The notes under the pieces were generated by a model. That model was not told where the DNA came from. It made no database searches and saw only the letters and a list, made by a program, of their open reading frames with translations. A stretch of 59,509 bases of DNA, filler included, from Sphacelaria rigidula (lineage: Eukaryota): NCBI GenBank assembly GCA_964200075.2. It is 6 parts of 6 records of this genome, joined end to end, with 100 filler letters (N's around TTAATTAATTAA, not from the genome) between each part and the next. Parts side by side here need not be neighbours in the genome. Positions count along the whole stretch, not along the records: positions 29,807 to 39,641 come from CAXNAA020007664.1; positions 39,742 to 49,575 come from CAXNAA020007665.1; 4 more parts are not named here. One strand, 5' to 3'. Each line of letters begins with the position of its first letter. Within the stretch, counting starts at the first letter, position 1. Shown piece after piece: positions 34,529 to 46,214 of this stretch. A program made the translations under genes and the position numbers.

Positions 34529-37500
34529 AGAGCAGATAAGGGAGGTGGAAGGAGCGGGTGTGCGACATCAGTCGTCGTGGCGATGGAGTCTCGGAAGTCT
34601 TGATGGTACTCGATTGTAGGGCTGGGCTGCACTATATAGGAAGGATCTTCTCGTGTGTACGAAGTAAAAGCGCGACGGTGAGGTCGGCGGCGCCGTCAGG
34701 TCCTACAATCATGTTTTTTTACAGGGAGAGGCAAGCGTTGGACTTGTGCCTTCTCCTTCATATATATATATATATATATATCCCTTTAAATTCTGCGAAG
34801 AATGAAATGTCGGTATCTCTCATCGCGCGGACTGTTGAGACATTCAAGTTCGGGTCGGATGAGCAACTGGTGACTGTTTTTATACCGTCCATGCGAATCG
34901 GCTGATTGCAATCCTATCGCCGTCTTTTGCGTTTGCCGGCTCAAGCGGGGCTGCGTGGCGCGGTGGCGGTTACCGTTCGCTATGTTGGCTTTGGCGAAGC
35001 CGGATCCGTTGCCCCTGTTGACTTCGGACGTGGATGAAACATTGATCAGCGGCGTACTGTCGTAAGGACCGATAGTGTAATCTAGCAAGTGAACGAGGAG
35101 ATTGCTGGTCCCCTTGGGCTGTGTTGCTTTCCCCTTTTCCCATCTGTCCGTTCGACGAGAAGCACTTGAGCAGTGTAGCAAGAGGAGGGGGGAAGGCGTG
35201 CGCCTATCCAGGGTTTCCGTTTCATGTATCCGTTGATGGCGGTCAGCGTGTCTGCACTGCCGCGGTTATTTCAAAGTGATCGCTTTTCTACTTGAACGAG
35301 ATTAGTTAAATACAGGAGTGGTGCTAGGAAAACGGTGGGTTGCTCCGTTGACCCGTGTGTGTGTTGGGTCATCCACACATGAAGTCGTGGTGGATAAATA
35401 GAAGGACCGCAGCTTGTTTACTGGGATAATTATTCACACCGGCCGAGAAATATATCGGTTGACATCGCTTTTTGCTCCGGGAGAGGGGAAATAATTCAGT
35501 CTGGAACAATCGTAAAAGGATGAGTCTGTGAAATAATCGTGTTGCTCGTTGGCCAAACAACGGGATGTACGAATACGGGGGGGGGGGAAACTGTGGATGT
35601 TGCCGAAGGCACATACTGAGGATACAGCGGCTATGTTTATTTCGGTCATGTTCCTTCTTGATTTTTGAGTGCATTTCGCTTTCCGTGTCGGGTTTTTTGT
35701 CAGTACGTTTGCTCTATCGACTCATGTGGTCTCACTAATACGATTTTAGAATCACTTTTTTGTCGAAACTAAAGAATTCGCCAAGATCTTCTTGTGAACG
35801 GCAAACGATGTTGTTCTCCTTTCCTCATCAGGCTCAGGGAGGCGAGGGGGAGTGGTTGGAATTCCGCACATGGACATGGCCTTTTGTTTTGTTTTACTCT
35901 TACTTTGACATCATTTGCTCTGGCGTAATGGGCGAGCGTGCAGTCACAGATAGCCTCGTGTCTTTGTTCCATATATGTGTCGATGCGCGGTCGTGATGGG
36001 AAGGTAGTGGCGTAGTAATGTAGTATCGTACTGAGATGAAAAGAAAAAGTGCAGTGGCTCGTGTTGGTTTTTCATAATGACTGGAGTATCGTGGCGTATG
36101 GTCATGTGCGTTTGAAGAGGGTCTTTGCGCCTGTCTGTAGCGCTTGGGTGTCTTGCGCCCCCGTTGGTTGAACATCCGTAACGAGAGCGCAAGTATGCGC
36201 ATTGCATTTTTAGGTCGAGTCGCAGTTGACTCGAAGACTTGGATTGAATTTGGTGGCTTTCGCCTCCCTTCACTTGATACACGAGGTTTTTAGTTGCCAG
36301 TGTTGATGCTTTTCCATGGTGCTGCTGGGGTTGAGTTTTGTTTTCATGTTGGATCATTCGGTGTCGTATTTCGGGAGTTTTGATTTGGCCGACCTTTCAC
36401 GAAGAGACAACCGGTCATATGTCAAGTGTATGTACCATATTTTAGGCAGATTATTAGTCATGAGCTGTTGCGTGCTGCGACGACATTTCAGCCAGCACAC
36501 CATTACAGTACCCATGCAGTACCTGTGTGCCATTCGGGTCCCTCCTCTCTATAGCTAGCAAGCAGCAAAGCAGTAAGGCGAGGATTCTTCTTGTGCGTGT
36601 AATATCTTGAGGATTCGGTGTAAAATAAAAGAGAAAATTTCTAATGTTGAGCAAAGAAAAATACTAAACTTGCTGCGTGCCCTGTGTGCGCCTTCCAGCT
36701 GGTGAGTGGGAAGTATCTCTCCGCCACTAGATGCCGTTTTGGCCCTGGAGCGTCCAGCGGTACATCGTCCTCACAGCATCTCATTGACGCAATGACCCAC
36801 GAATCTGCGGTACAGACGCAACCCGCCATCCACAAACATGAAATTTCGGAGGTCCAATTTTTCTCATGACCACGTCATCTAGCTCCATAGCGGGACAGGG
36901 GTTGCGTCTGAGTGATTGTTCCGGCAGGGCAAGGGACGGGGGGGGGGGTTGTTGGGCCCTGCTTCCTCGCACGATGCTGTCACATGGGAGAAAGGTCATC
37001 GTTGCAAGCACTACGAACAACAGCGTTTATTTGAGTGCTCGTGATAATGTATAAACAGAGGCACACGCGTACTTGTCCACACCGCCCGGTCAACGTCTTC
37101 AGCCACGTATGATACAAGCGCACAACGGGTGTGTGAGATCGTGTTCTGTAGCACACACCCACGGTTATGATTTGATTGAATCCCCTAGTTTCGTGCGATC
37201 AAAGACCACGCACCTGCTGTATCGTACTTGAGGATCACTCGTCTGTCGCACTAACATCGTGTCGTAACCGCCGCGCGCTGGTCCCCGCTACCTGCGCGTT
37301 CTCAGATCTCGCCCCCGCCGCCGATAGGCGTTCCTCGACCTACATGAAAAAAACCTCAAAAGTCGGTGAGATCGAACCCCAATGATGAGCGTGACGTTTC
37401 TCGTTTCATTAAAAAAAGCTCAACAAAATCGATGAGACCGGACCTCCGCCCTTGACAAGCGAGCGCCCACTTCATTCATGTCGACTCGAATTGACAGCCG

Positions 37501-38316
37501 GCGCCCTTTTCCGTACTACTCTTGACAACACCGCCCATAAAAATGACGTGAAAAAAAAAGAAGTGCGTGTATTTGACTGATGCCACGATAACACCCCCCT
37601 CCCCAGAAAAGAGACCAAGAACTGTCACGAAGAAATGGCCATGATACAGTGCACCGACGTGATGGGCAGTTTCAAAAACTAAGTCTTGGAATTTATCTTG
37701 AACAATGCAGATAGCTGGTTTAAAAAATCAGGTCCTGAAATTATTTTGAAGAGAGCGAATTTTGCTGGCTGGATACAACAGATACCTGGTCTGAAAACCT
37801 CACATACAAGATGTAGATTCTGCCTCGATTCTCACACTTTTCTGGGAAGGGCTAACCTGGCGCCATCCATGTGCCGTGGGGTTTGACGAGGATCGTGAAT
37901 CGCTGGCAAGTGTCTTTCTCGCATTGTCGAGTGGAGGGTCTCGGAAGCTCTTTCTCTTGTTTTTGTCAAGGTAACTTTTTGCCACTAGTGCGTGTATTTC
38001 ATCATGATGATGAAGTTGATACTTGAAAAACATTGCAGTCTCCGTTCTCTCAGCATCTATACCTTCTGAGTTTCGCATGATAGGGTACTGTAGTGTGTGA
38101 AGACAAGAATTCTTCATCGGAACAGTCGATTTCATGATAGGATATCGGCTGGCAAGAGTAAAGGTGACAAATACCGGTCGCCCCGGTGGCTCATTTGGTA
38201 ACCTCGAAACCTTTTGACGATTGGGTGGTGGATTCAAATCTCGGAGCGATCTGGGATTTTTTCTCATGCCCAACAGTGAAGAGCGATCATGTCGTGGGTA
38301 CGCAAAATTCGACTTG

Positions 38317-38772
38317 AACACGGGATCTTACAAATTGGGGATGGATCTTGTATTGTGGATGAGAAACCCGGGGAATTAAAATCTTTGTATCCACACCAAA
38401 TCTTCGAAATATGGCTCTATTTCTTCACCTACTACTGGTGGCTATTGACAACTACTACACGCCATACAAATTTGGATCTCGATAACCAAAAAAATGTTGG
38501 GGTCCTAGGTCAAAAACCATTTTTTTCGGGGAATTCCGGGTGTCCGAACAGACGCCAAAATGGTTCCGAAATTGGTTTTACATCTAGGGCTGCAACATTT
38601 CGGTGGTCGAAATCCAAATTTCTATGGCGTGTAGCAGTTGTCAAGAGCTATCAGTAGGTGAAGAAATGGAACCATATTTCGAAGATTTGGTGTGGATACA
38701 AAGACCTTAATTCTCCGGGCTTCTCGTCCACAATAAAAGATCCATCCCCAATAATTTGTAAGATCCCGTGTT
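38317..38772. mobile_element. Foldback MITE (AAC...GTT termini, ~190-bp arms); second copy at 49937-50382
   Basis: AACACGGGATCTTACAAAT / ATTTGTAAGATCCCGTGTT and GTATCCACACCAAATCTTCGAAATATGG / CCATATTTCGAAGATTTGGTGTGGATAC. The flanks are CTTG/CTTA. Confidence 0.85.
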
Positions 38773-38944
38773 CTTAACGGTTGACGAGGGAAAGGGACTG
38801 ATGTACCCCTCTCGCGATAAAGAATTAAAACGCGAGCACCGTAGAAGGAAGGTGGAGACTAAAAACAAACAAAAATGAAAAAACTCCTGTGTTGACCTTC
38901 CTCCTGTGTGACCCCGGCTGGTGCGCCCACATATACCGAAAGGT

Positions 38945-39305
38945 GAGCAATGCTACGATAGGGGTTGCACTTTTTGTTTCTGAGTCTCGTTTTTGTAGGA
39001 GCCCAAATATATGGGGCTTACTGTTGTGCAACCCAAATCTCCGGGGACAGGACATGGAGATGCACACAGGGGCCTTGTTGTGAATCGGCATCATTTTCAG
39101 TTTTTTTCAAGTTAACCCTTAGACCGCGAGGTTAGTCTTCTGTTGAATCGGCATCAATTTCAAGTGAAAAAACGAATGCATGATCTAGAAAGACTAATCT
39201 CGCGGTCTAAGGGTTAAAATGATGCCGATTCTCACAACAATGATCCGTGTAACACCCCGAGAAACATTTTCGCTCAAAAAGTGCAACCCTACCGTAGCAT
39301 CACTC
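38945..39305. mobile_element. GAG...CTC MITE (family A termini) with AGGT TSD, containing a TTAA MITE (39116-39213)
   Basis: AGGT|GAGCAATGCTACGATAGGGG...CCCTACCGTAGCATCACTC|AGGT, with an inner TTAA|CCCTTAGACCGCGAG...CTCGCGGTCTAAGGG|TTAA. Confidence 0.85.
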
Positions 39306-39568
39306 AGGTGTAGACCGGCGTCCAGAATAATAGATGGGGTGACGACGCGCGCACACACACACTCACAAAAGGAATAACTGCCTAAAACGCTCTACTAACT
39401 GTTTTTGTTGATAATATAGTGATTGAGACTAAACTCCAAGACTCACATCCAGTGCTCCTCCGAGCACCATCATGCACAGACAACAGACTTTTCCCGCCCT
39501 ACACACTCTGGGTACGCCCAATATCCTGCAAGATAATATGTGAGATGATACTGGGTTGATTCGATTTA

Positions 39569-39641
39569 GAGTAATGCTACGGTAGGGGTGCACTTTTTTC
39601 GCGAAATTTTGTCTGGGTCAGGGGCTCCTAACGATTCTAGA
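39569..39641. mobile_element. Family A MITE truncated by the contig end
   Basis: GAGTAATGCTACGGTAGGGGTGCAC...GGCTCCTAACGATTCTAGA, matching the copy at 20176. Confidence 0.75.
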
Positions 39642-39741
39642 NNNNNNNNNNNNNNNNNNNNNNNNNNNNNNNNNNNNNNNNNNNNTTAATTAATTAANNN
39701 NNNNNNNNNNNNNNNNNNNNNNNNNNNNNNNNNNNNNNNNN
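39642..39741. other. Artificial 100-bp contig spacer
   Basis: N44-TTAATTAATTAA-N44. Confidence 0.97.
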
Positions 39742-40209
39742 AATGTTGTAACTTACTGACAGTCGCGACGCCCGTATCCCGTAACTCGCACACCTCAGGC
39801 TGACAACTGAGACGGAGGCCAGTGAGACTGGGGAGTCCCTCAAACAGCAGTGACCCAGCAGTTCTTCTTCTGGCTGGCATCACAATATCGATATTAGTGC
39901 TAGTACCTGACGGACCCTGCTCGAAGGGCATCGGCGGACGAGGCTGGAAGCTGGGGACAACCTGATTCACCACGGACGCGTGGAGAGAGTTCAACCTGGG
40001 GTAGCTGTAGAAAGGCGACTGGTCTGTGATTGATCCAGACTAAAGACTTGCTGAAGCTGCGTGCAGCGGGAGTTTGGAGGCTCCTACGATCGTGTGGTGC
40101 GGCGACGCAGGAACAAGAAGTGTGCAGTTCGCGACGGTCCGCTGGCCTGCGAAAGGTTCGCAGGTAGCCGGCTGCTGCTCTGGCGATCGGTTCGCATGCT
40201 GCGTCCAGC

Positions 40210-41112
40210 GTGACGCCCGTGGTTATGCGGGAAAAATTGCGACCTCCCCAATACGGGGATAGGTACTCCGAGAGTGCAGCTCGCACATTCTGCACCAAGT
40301 GCTTGGAGTACAATAAGCGCGTGGAGCACGCTAACGCGGGGGATGCTGTGCGGCATCAGGTGGTGTCGATGACTCAGCAAGTGCCAACTCATGTGCAGAG
40401 AGGTTTTGCTCGTGTGGAACATGATGAGAGCACAATCACCCCGCCGCGAATGGTCGCGGCAATCAAAAAGCATGCTGGGCATGCGGAGGGCGCCGAGGTG
40501 GAGCTGACCCAAGCGTCCGCGGCTGTGGCGAAAGCTGTCGCCATGGATTTTCGGGGAGAGACGGTGCTAGAGCGGGTGGAGCCAATCTTGTCAATTCTGA
40601 AGAAATACTTCACAGGAAATCCGAACGTTGAACTAGTATATCGTTCCTCCGATGGTGAGTTCATTCCCGACCCGGCTGCAGTAATTACCAAGGCTTTGGT
40701 GGAGAGTTTGGCGTCGGCAAATAAAAAAAAAAGTCGTGCTTTTCAAGTTATAGCACGAGACCAATTGGAAGGCCGACCCATACCTGGTGATGAACACCGT
40801 CGTGGCCGAGGCCAAAGAATGGCGGAAGATAGAGGTGTTCGGCCAGTCGTCCACCTCCTTGCCGAACTCTTTACGCCACCACGGCTCGAAATCGGTCAGC
40901 CGCGCCACGACCATCAGTTTCAGCCGCTGTGGCCAGGTCGGCCACTACGCGCGTGATTGCCCAACGTCTTCCGGTGGAGAGTCTCGGCAGTGTTATGCCA
41001 CGCGCCATCAGCATCGTCAGCACAACGGCAAAAGAGGAGGTGATCGGGGTAGTGGCGGCGGCGGATCCTCCGGCGGTGGAGAGTCGCAGTCGAGTTCTCA
41101 GCAGCAGCAGTA
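40210..41112 (+). pseudogene. gag: Gypsy gag with a degenerate zinc knuckle
   Basis: FSRCGQVGHYARDCP (CCHC-like) follows a frameshifted ORF of about 250 aa. Confidence 0.7.
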
Positions 41113-41529
41113 GCAGTAGCAGTAGCAGCAAGGGCAGCAGCAAGGGCAGCGGCGTCAGTATGGGTCTGGTTCTGGGTCCGGCGCCACCGTAGGTGCTGCT
41201 GCTGCTGCTGCTCCGCAACGGGCAGTGCAGGTGGGCCCGACTTCTACAGTGTCGAACCCTGCGCCGGCGCCGGTGGCGACGCCGGTAGCAGTGCCAGGCG
41301 CGACGCCTGCTGATGCGCTGGTCGGAGTTTCGCCAAATGCTTGGTCTGCTGGCTGGGGATCGTACCCGCCGGCGGTGCCGTTTGAACCTGCCGGGGCGTC
41401 TTCGCCGGCGCCGCTTGCGCAGCCGTGGCGTCAAGCGGGATTAGCGGCGCATCGGTCGGCGGATGAAGCTCCAGTGGAGTTTGCGGACAAGTACGTTCCT
41501 GCGGAGCCGTGTCTTCCAAATCAACGGGA

Positions 41530-44230
41530 GCGTGGAGCCATTGTGGTTCGGGCTATGTTGGATTCTGTCGTCCACTTCACACGTCATGTGAGTCTGTCGG
41601 TGCAGATGGTTGATATGTTGGAGTGTCTCCTCCCGGATGTGCCGCTGCGCATTCCGTTTTCACTCGGGGCTCGGCAGGTCGTCACCGTGTCGGGTCAAAA
41701 TGTTTCCGTCACGGAGCGTTCTGTTCTGCTGCAGCTGACTTTCACGACTTCTTGGGGACCGGCGCCGTTGCCTCCGATATCATTTGCGATTATGCCGGGG
41801 TCGGATGGCGTTGTTCTTCTGCGGTTGCCGACGCTTCAGGATCTTGGAGCCGACCCGTATGCGCGGTTGTGGGACTCCATGAAGATGCGGACGCCTCCGC
41901 CTGGTCTGTATGTGGAGATGCCCGCCTTTTTGGGTAGCGTCACGTGAACTTGTCGGTGGATGCTTTTCAGGAGGCTTGGGGGGCAGGTGACCGAGAAGCG
42001 GGATGAGGCGGTGGAACGCTTCGGGGAGCGCGGGCCGGAGATATTCATGGACTCGGCGGAAGAGGAGTCCGTTCGGAAGGTCGCGATGGAGGAGAGACTG
42101 CTGCCGAGATAGCCCCCCCCCAAACCGGCCAAAAGAGTGCACGAAGGCGATGTTCGTAAATGCCGTTAGAGCTGGTTTGGTGCTGCACGACGCGACTCAT
42201 TTGGGCATTATGGCTGATTTCGGACTGCTACACGCCTCCCGCGTGGGGAAAATTGCTGCAAACGAGCCCAGTAATGAAATCGCAGCCGGTTTGTCGGCCG
42301 GTCTCCGGTGCACGTTTTGTGGGGAGGCTATCTCGGCATTAGTCGAGAGCGTGAGGGATGCTGTGGCGAAAGGCCTCAGCGTCTCAAAAGCGGAGCGCCT
42401 GCGTGGCACCTTGCATCGCCGCGTCAACGCGTTCCGTCGTGCGCTGCGGGGTGATCCCCCTGCGCGAGTGGAGCCCATGCGTGTTCAGCTAAAACCTGGG
42501 GCGTCCGTGGTGAAGATGAAGCCGCGGCGGTACGATCCGGTGAAGTCGATTTGGTTGGCGTCGTGCATGGCGGCTCTTTTGGCGCTTGGGTTGGTGTTCC
42601 GGAACTTGCAGGCGGTGTGGTCCAGTCCGGCTACAGCAATTTCGAAGAAGGATTCGTTTCGCCTGGTAAGCAACTACAAGGCCGTGAATGAGCAGGTTGA
42701 GAAGTCGCCGGGTGTGATGCCCAAACCAGAGTCGGATATGCGTGTTCTGTTGAGTGCTCTTTTTTTGGGCAAGTTGGACCTCCTCCAAGGTTACTGGCAG
42801 ATGCCGTTGGCGGAGGAGGCGCAGGAGATTTTCACCATCACGACTCCGTTTCGCTTGTTTACCCCGAAGCGAGTGCTGCAAGGCGTGCTGAATGTCACGG
42901 TATATTTTCAAGGCATCATCACAGAACTGCTCGTCGGCTTGAAATGCAAGATATGGGTGGATGATGCGTTTTGTTTCGCCGACACGGAAGACGAACTTTT
43001 AGACACGCTCGATGTTTTCTCAATTCGTTTAGAGAGTGTTAGTTTGTTTGCGGCTGCGCACAAGTGTACGTTTTTTGCTGGCGAAGTCGTGTGGTGTGGG
43101 AAAGTGTACTCACACGGGCGCGTATTTCCTTGCCCTGTCAGATTGCAGGCTTGTCTGACATGCGGTGCTCGGAGACGGCCTCGGAACTCATGCAATTCCT
43201 TTAGGCCGTGAAGTAGCTGCGTACCTCGTTGCCGCGTATGGCAGAAATCGTAGCTCCCTCACGTTTTTTCCTCGAAGAACCCATGACGCGTGCTGCGAAG
43301 CGGACGGAGTGTGTTGCAAAAAACCGCGCTGCTCCGCCTGCATCGTGGATGGAGGGCAGGCTGCAGGCGTGGACGGCAGCGAAGGATCTGATGATCCATG
43401 CCGTGACGCTGTTCCATCCTCGTCCTGATTGCCACGTGTTGATATTTCTGAATACTTCTGAGTGCCATGGGGGTAGTTTTGTCGCGCAGGTGCGTAAAGC
43501 TGAAATGCAACGACGCTTGACGGTCGAGGATATGATGCATGAGTTACTAGCTTTCCTCGGTGGTGATTTTAAGGGTGCGCAGTTGCGTTGGGCCACAGTT
43601 GATACGGAAGGTTTTGCTATCGTGAGCACGTTTCGTCGTGTGAAGCACCGTTCGTGGGATGACGTGCACATTTTCACGGATCATCGACATCTCGTGTATA
43701 TGTTCAACCCGAAAGCGTGCGTTACGTCTGTGTCGAAAGCATTGGCACAACGTTTGGAGGGTTGGAGAGGTGTTCTCGGCCAGTATCGTCACTCGATTTG
43801 CCATATTTCGGGTGACGCAACGCGTGGGGTGACTTCTTTCCGCGTTGGGTAATTATTCTGACTTCTCCTGTGCGCGCTGTGGCTGTGTACGGTCCATGTG
43901 AACTCGATGACTCGATGCCGACCAAATCTGTTGTCCGCCAACCGCAACGGAAAGACCTCGGGGCCGAAGGTACTGATGCACAATCTTTCGAGTCGGACGT
44001 TGATACTGCTATCTTGGACAATGAAGGTCTGTTTCGTGTGCATGTCCGTGGCCGAAACGGTTCGTGGATTCCGAGTTCTGACAAGCAGTTGCAGGTACGT
44101 CTGATGATTGGCGCGCACATGCGCGACGCCGGGCATCGTTGTGTGGCTGCGACGCTCGTGCGCTTGCAAGAGTTTTATGCTTGGCAGGAGATAGAAACTC
44201 ATGTGCGCGAATTTGTCCGCCAGTTTATTT
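41530..44230 (+). pseudogene. pol: Gypsy pol 5' part: aspartic protease, reverse transcriptase, RNase H and integrase Zn finger
   Basis: AMLDSV (protease); KLDLLQGYWQMPL and IWVDD (RT); GDFKGAQLRWATVDTEGFAIV and IFTDHRHL (RNase H); HMRDAGHR...W...VREFVRQ (integrase HHCC). Confidence 0.88.
42096..42344. mobile_element. 249-bp MITE (family B) with a 4-bp GAGA TSD, inserted in pol
   Basis: GAGA|GACTGCTGCCGAGATAGCC...GGCTATCTCGGCATTAGTC|GAGA. Removing it restores the in-frame sequence ...VRKVAMEESVRDAVAKGL.... An inverted second copy lies at 51705-51952. Confidence 0.88.
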
Positions 44231-44234
44231 ACTA

Positions 44235-46214
44235 TTATGGGCGCGCGTGACCCCCCAAAATGAGCCCAAAAAGTGTCACCGACCAAAAGCACGAACAGAC
44301 CGGAGATGTCGTTCATCCTCTGACTATGCACGCCGCAAAATCCCTCAAAGTACTTGTGATTTGAGTAGGGTTTCGGAGGACGAACCACCGCGTGACTCGG
44401 CTGCTCACCGGCGTGTATGTGTCCAATCTACAATTGTACCGGTTGGTTTTACCTAAGACGCTGCGGTGATCGAGAAAATCGCAAAAACCCATGTTTTTTT
44501 TCACTCAATTCGTTATAAAACTCGCATCCTGATGAAATAAAAAAATTCAACCGTACAATTGTAGCTGTCGTCTTGGCGCAGATGATGCAAAAAGTCGCAT
44601 CTCAATGGATGGCCGTGACGATGAGTATTCTCTGAAACAGATTGGGCCGTGATCACAAAGGGGCACTTCCAACCCTCGCCGGTCTCCACAAAACACGACA
44701 ACCTCACCCCTGTCTAACGGTCTCGGAGTAGGTGACACCCATGAATGACTTTTGATAGTGCAGATGGTTGAAACATCGGATATGTGGAATGTTGCAGAAT
44801 TTGAATCTTCGACCGAGCCCCCAGAAGCAAGAGCCATCTTCGCGACCTCGCAGCAGCGGAGAGAACAAATTATAACACTGGCCCTAACGAAGGCATACCG
44901 AGGACCATCGAGCAAGGCGGGTGCAACGTGCTTCGTAGGCGAAGGGTGCGTTGCCAGACCTCGAATCGGCGCCCCAGGCGCCGAATTAGACAAGAACGCG
45001 TTCTGGGACGCTAGGAGAATGCTACGAGCACAGCCCCAATGAAAGATCAACTCACGCTCCCGAATGGGAAGATATACTGCGTCAAGACGACACAAAGTCA
45101 TCGACCCACTTTCGCTGAAGCCACATGGCACCGAAGCCCCAATCATGTCTTTCAGTGGACCCACCCATCCTAAGACACGAATCTGTTGTATCGGCGATGG
45201 TGGGTGACGGACGACCGTTTGTTTCATTCCCTCTTGCAAAACAACATCTTTGGAGTCCCATGAACCCCTACACCGCGAGGGTAGTCCATCTGGACCATGT
45301 ATACTTTTTCCACGTGAAAAATGATGCCGATTCAGCATCTGACCAAACCGTCACGGTCAACGAGCTAATAATTGTCATATTCATCAAATGAAAAGCCATG
45401 TCCATGGAACAACAAATACACTTGGAAACGCGAGTCATTCGTCCGACAGAAGTTGTGGAATCATGGCAGCCGATAAATCAAGCTCCTCAAACCATGACGA
45501 GGTGATGGACCAACACCCGCCCAGCCCACATTACACACCTGGTGACTATTTGTACTCCACTCGTCTGTGTAAGGGCCGTCCTCGTTGAAGTTTATCAGTA
45601 CATATGACTTTGTCGCATGTTGAGCACATCATGTTGACCCAACTTTGATCCGTCCGAAAATGGTTCAGCTTCCTGGTTTCACTTACCGGCGTTGGGCTAC
45701 AAATATTCATGGTTGATATTACTTCATTTGAGTGCGTACAACGAGAATCGGAATTTTAGTAGGGCTGACGGTCCCGTGTACTCCTCGGGTGCGCACAACG
45801 CATTTTCGTTGATATCTGCGCCACAGAAGCCGATTTGGGGTCTACCAAGGCCTCACTTTCTTCAGGGAATATATGTACCGCCCTTGCCCGAGTGTTCTCG
45901 GTGTGCGTTGGGTTGATTCAACCCAATCAGCCTCCTTGCATGCCAGGGTATCGCAAGCGCGGACGAAAGGCGACGCAGTGGCATGTAATATATGAGGAAC
46001 AATGGAAATAACGGTAGGGTTCTGACTTTAGACGGCAGTCCACTTTTTTTCGATATGAACTTTGAATCCACGCCGTTCTCTTCCGATGACGTAATAATGT
46101 GCGTTTTACTCCACGAGCCTGGATAAGCCCCAGAAGTCGGTCCGTTCGTGTCTGTTCGTGATATTGGTCGGTGACACATTTTTGCCCAATTTGGGGGGTC
46201 AGGCGCGCCCATAA
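44235..46214. mobile_element. ~2-kb TIR DNA element inserted in the integrase CxxC motif, carrying a TTAA-family MITE (~45262-45368)
   Basis: ~65-bp TIR TTATGGGCGCGC.TGACCCCCCAAA.TG...GTGTCACCGACCAA...CACGAACAGAC, with its inverse at ~46150-46214. The integrase resumes as ADSRAGYVVPRPLG. Confidence 0.85.

Larger units (their letters stand above)
38174..39366 (+). mobile_element. tRNA-derived SINE interrupted by two DNA-transposon insertions
   Basis: The head with A and B boxes starts at 38174. The body resumes near 38773 and 39306, collinear with the 22217 copy. Confidence 0.8.

Noticed and set aside
36770-37340. Possible minus-strand terminal exons (...TSDPQVRYSR|FVGHCVNEML*)
   Set aside because: The splice phases fit, but the exons are short, the upstream acceptor is weak and no homology was recognised.
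42003-42344. Novel N-terminal extension of the 402-aa RT ORF (MFVNAVRAGLVLHDATHLG...), echoed at 51537-51899
   Set aside because: It is read-through of the inserted family B MITE, which has TIRs and a TSD and whose removal restores the pol frame.
44547-45338. 263-aa minus-strand ORF as a transposase
   Set aside because: It has no DDE or other recognisable motifs, and it begins inside a nested MITE.
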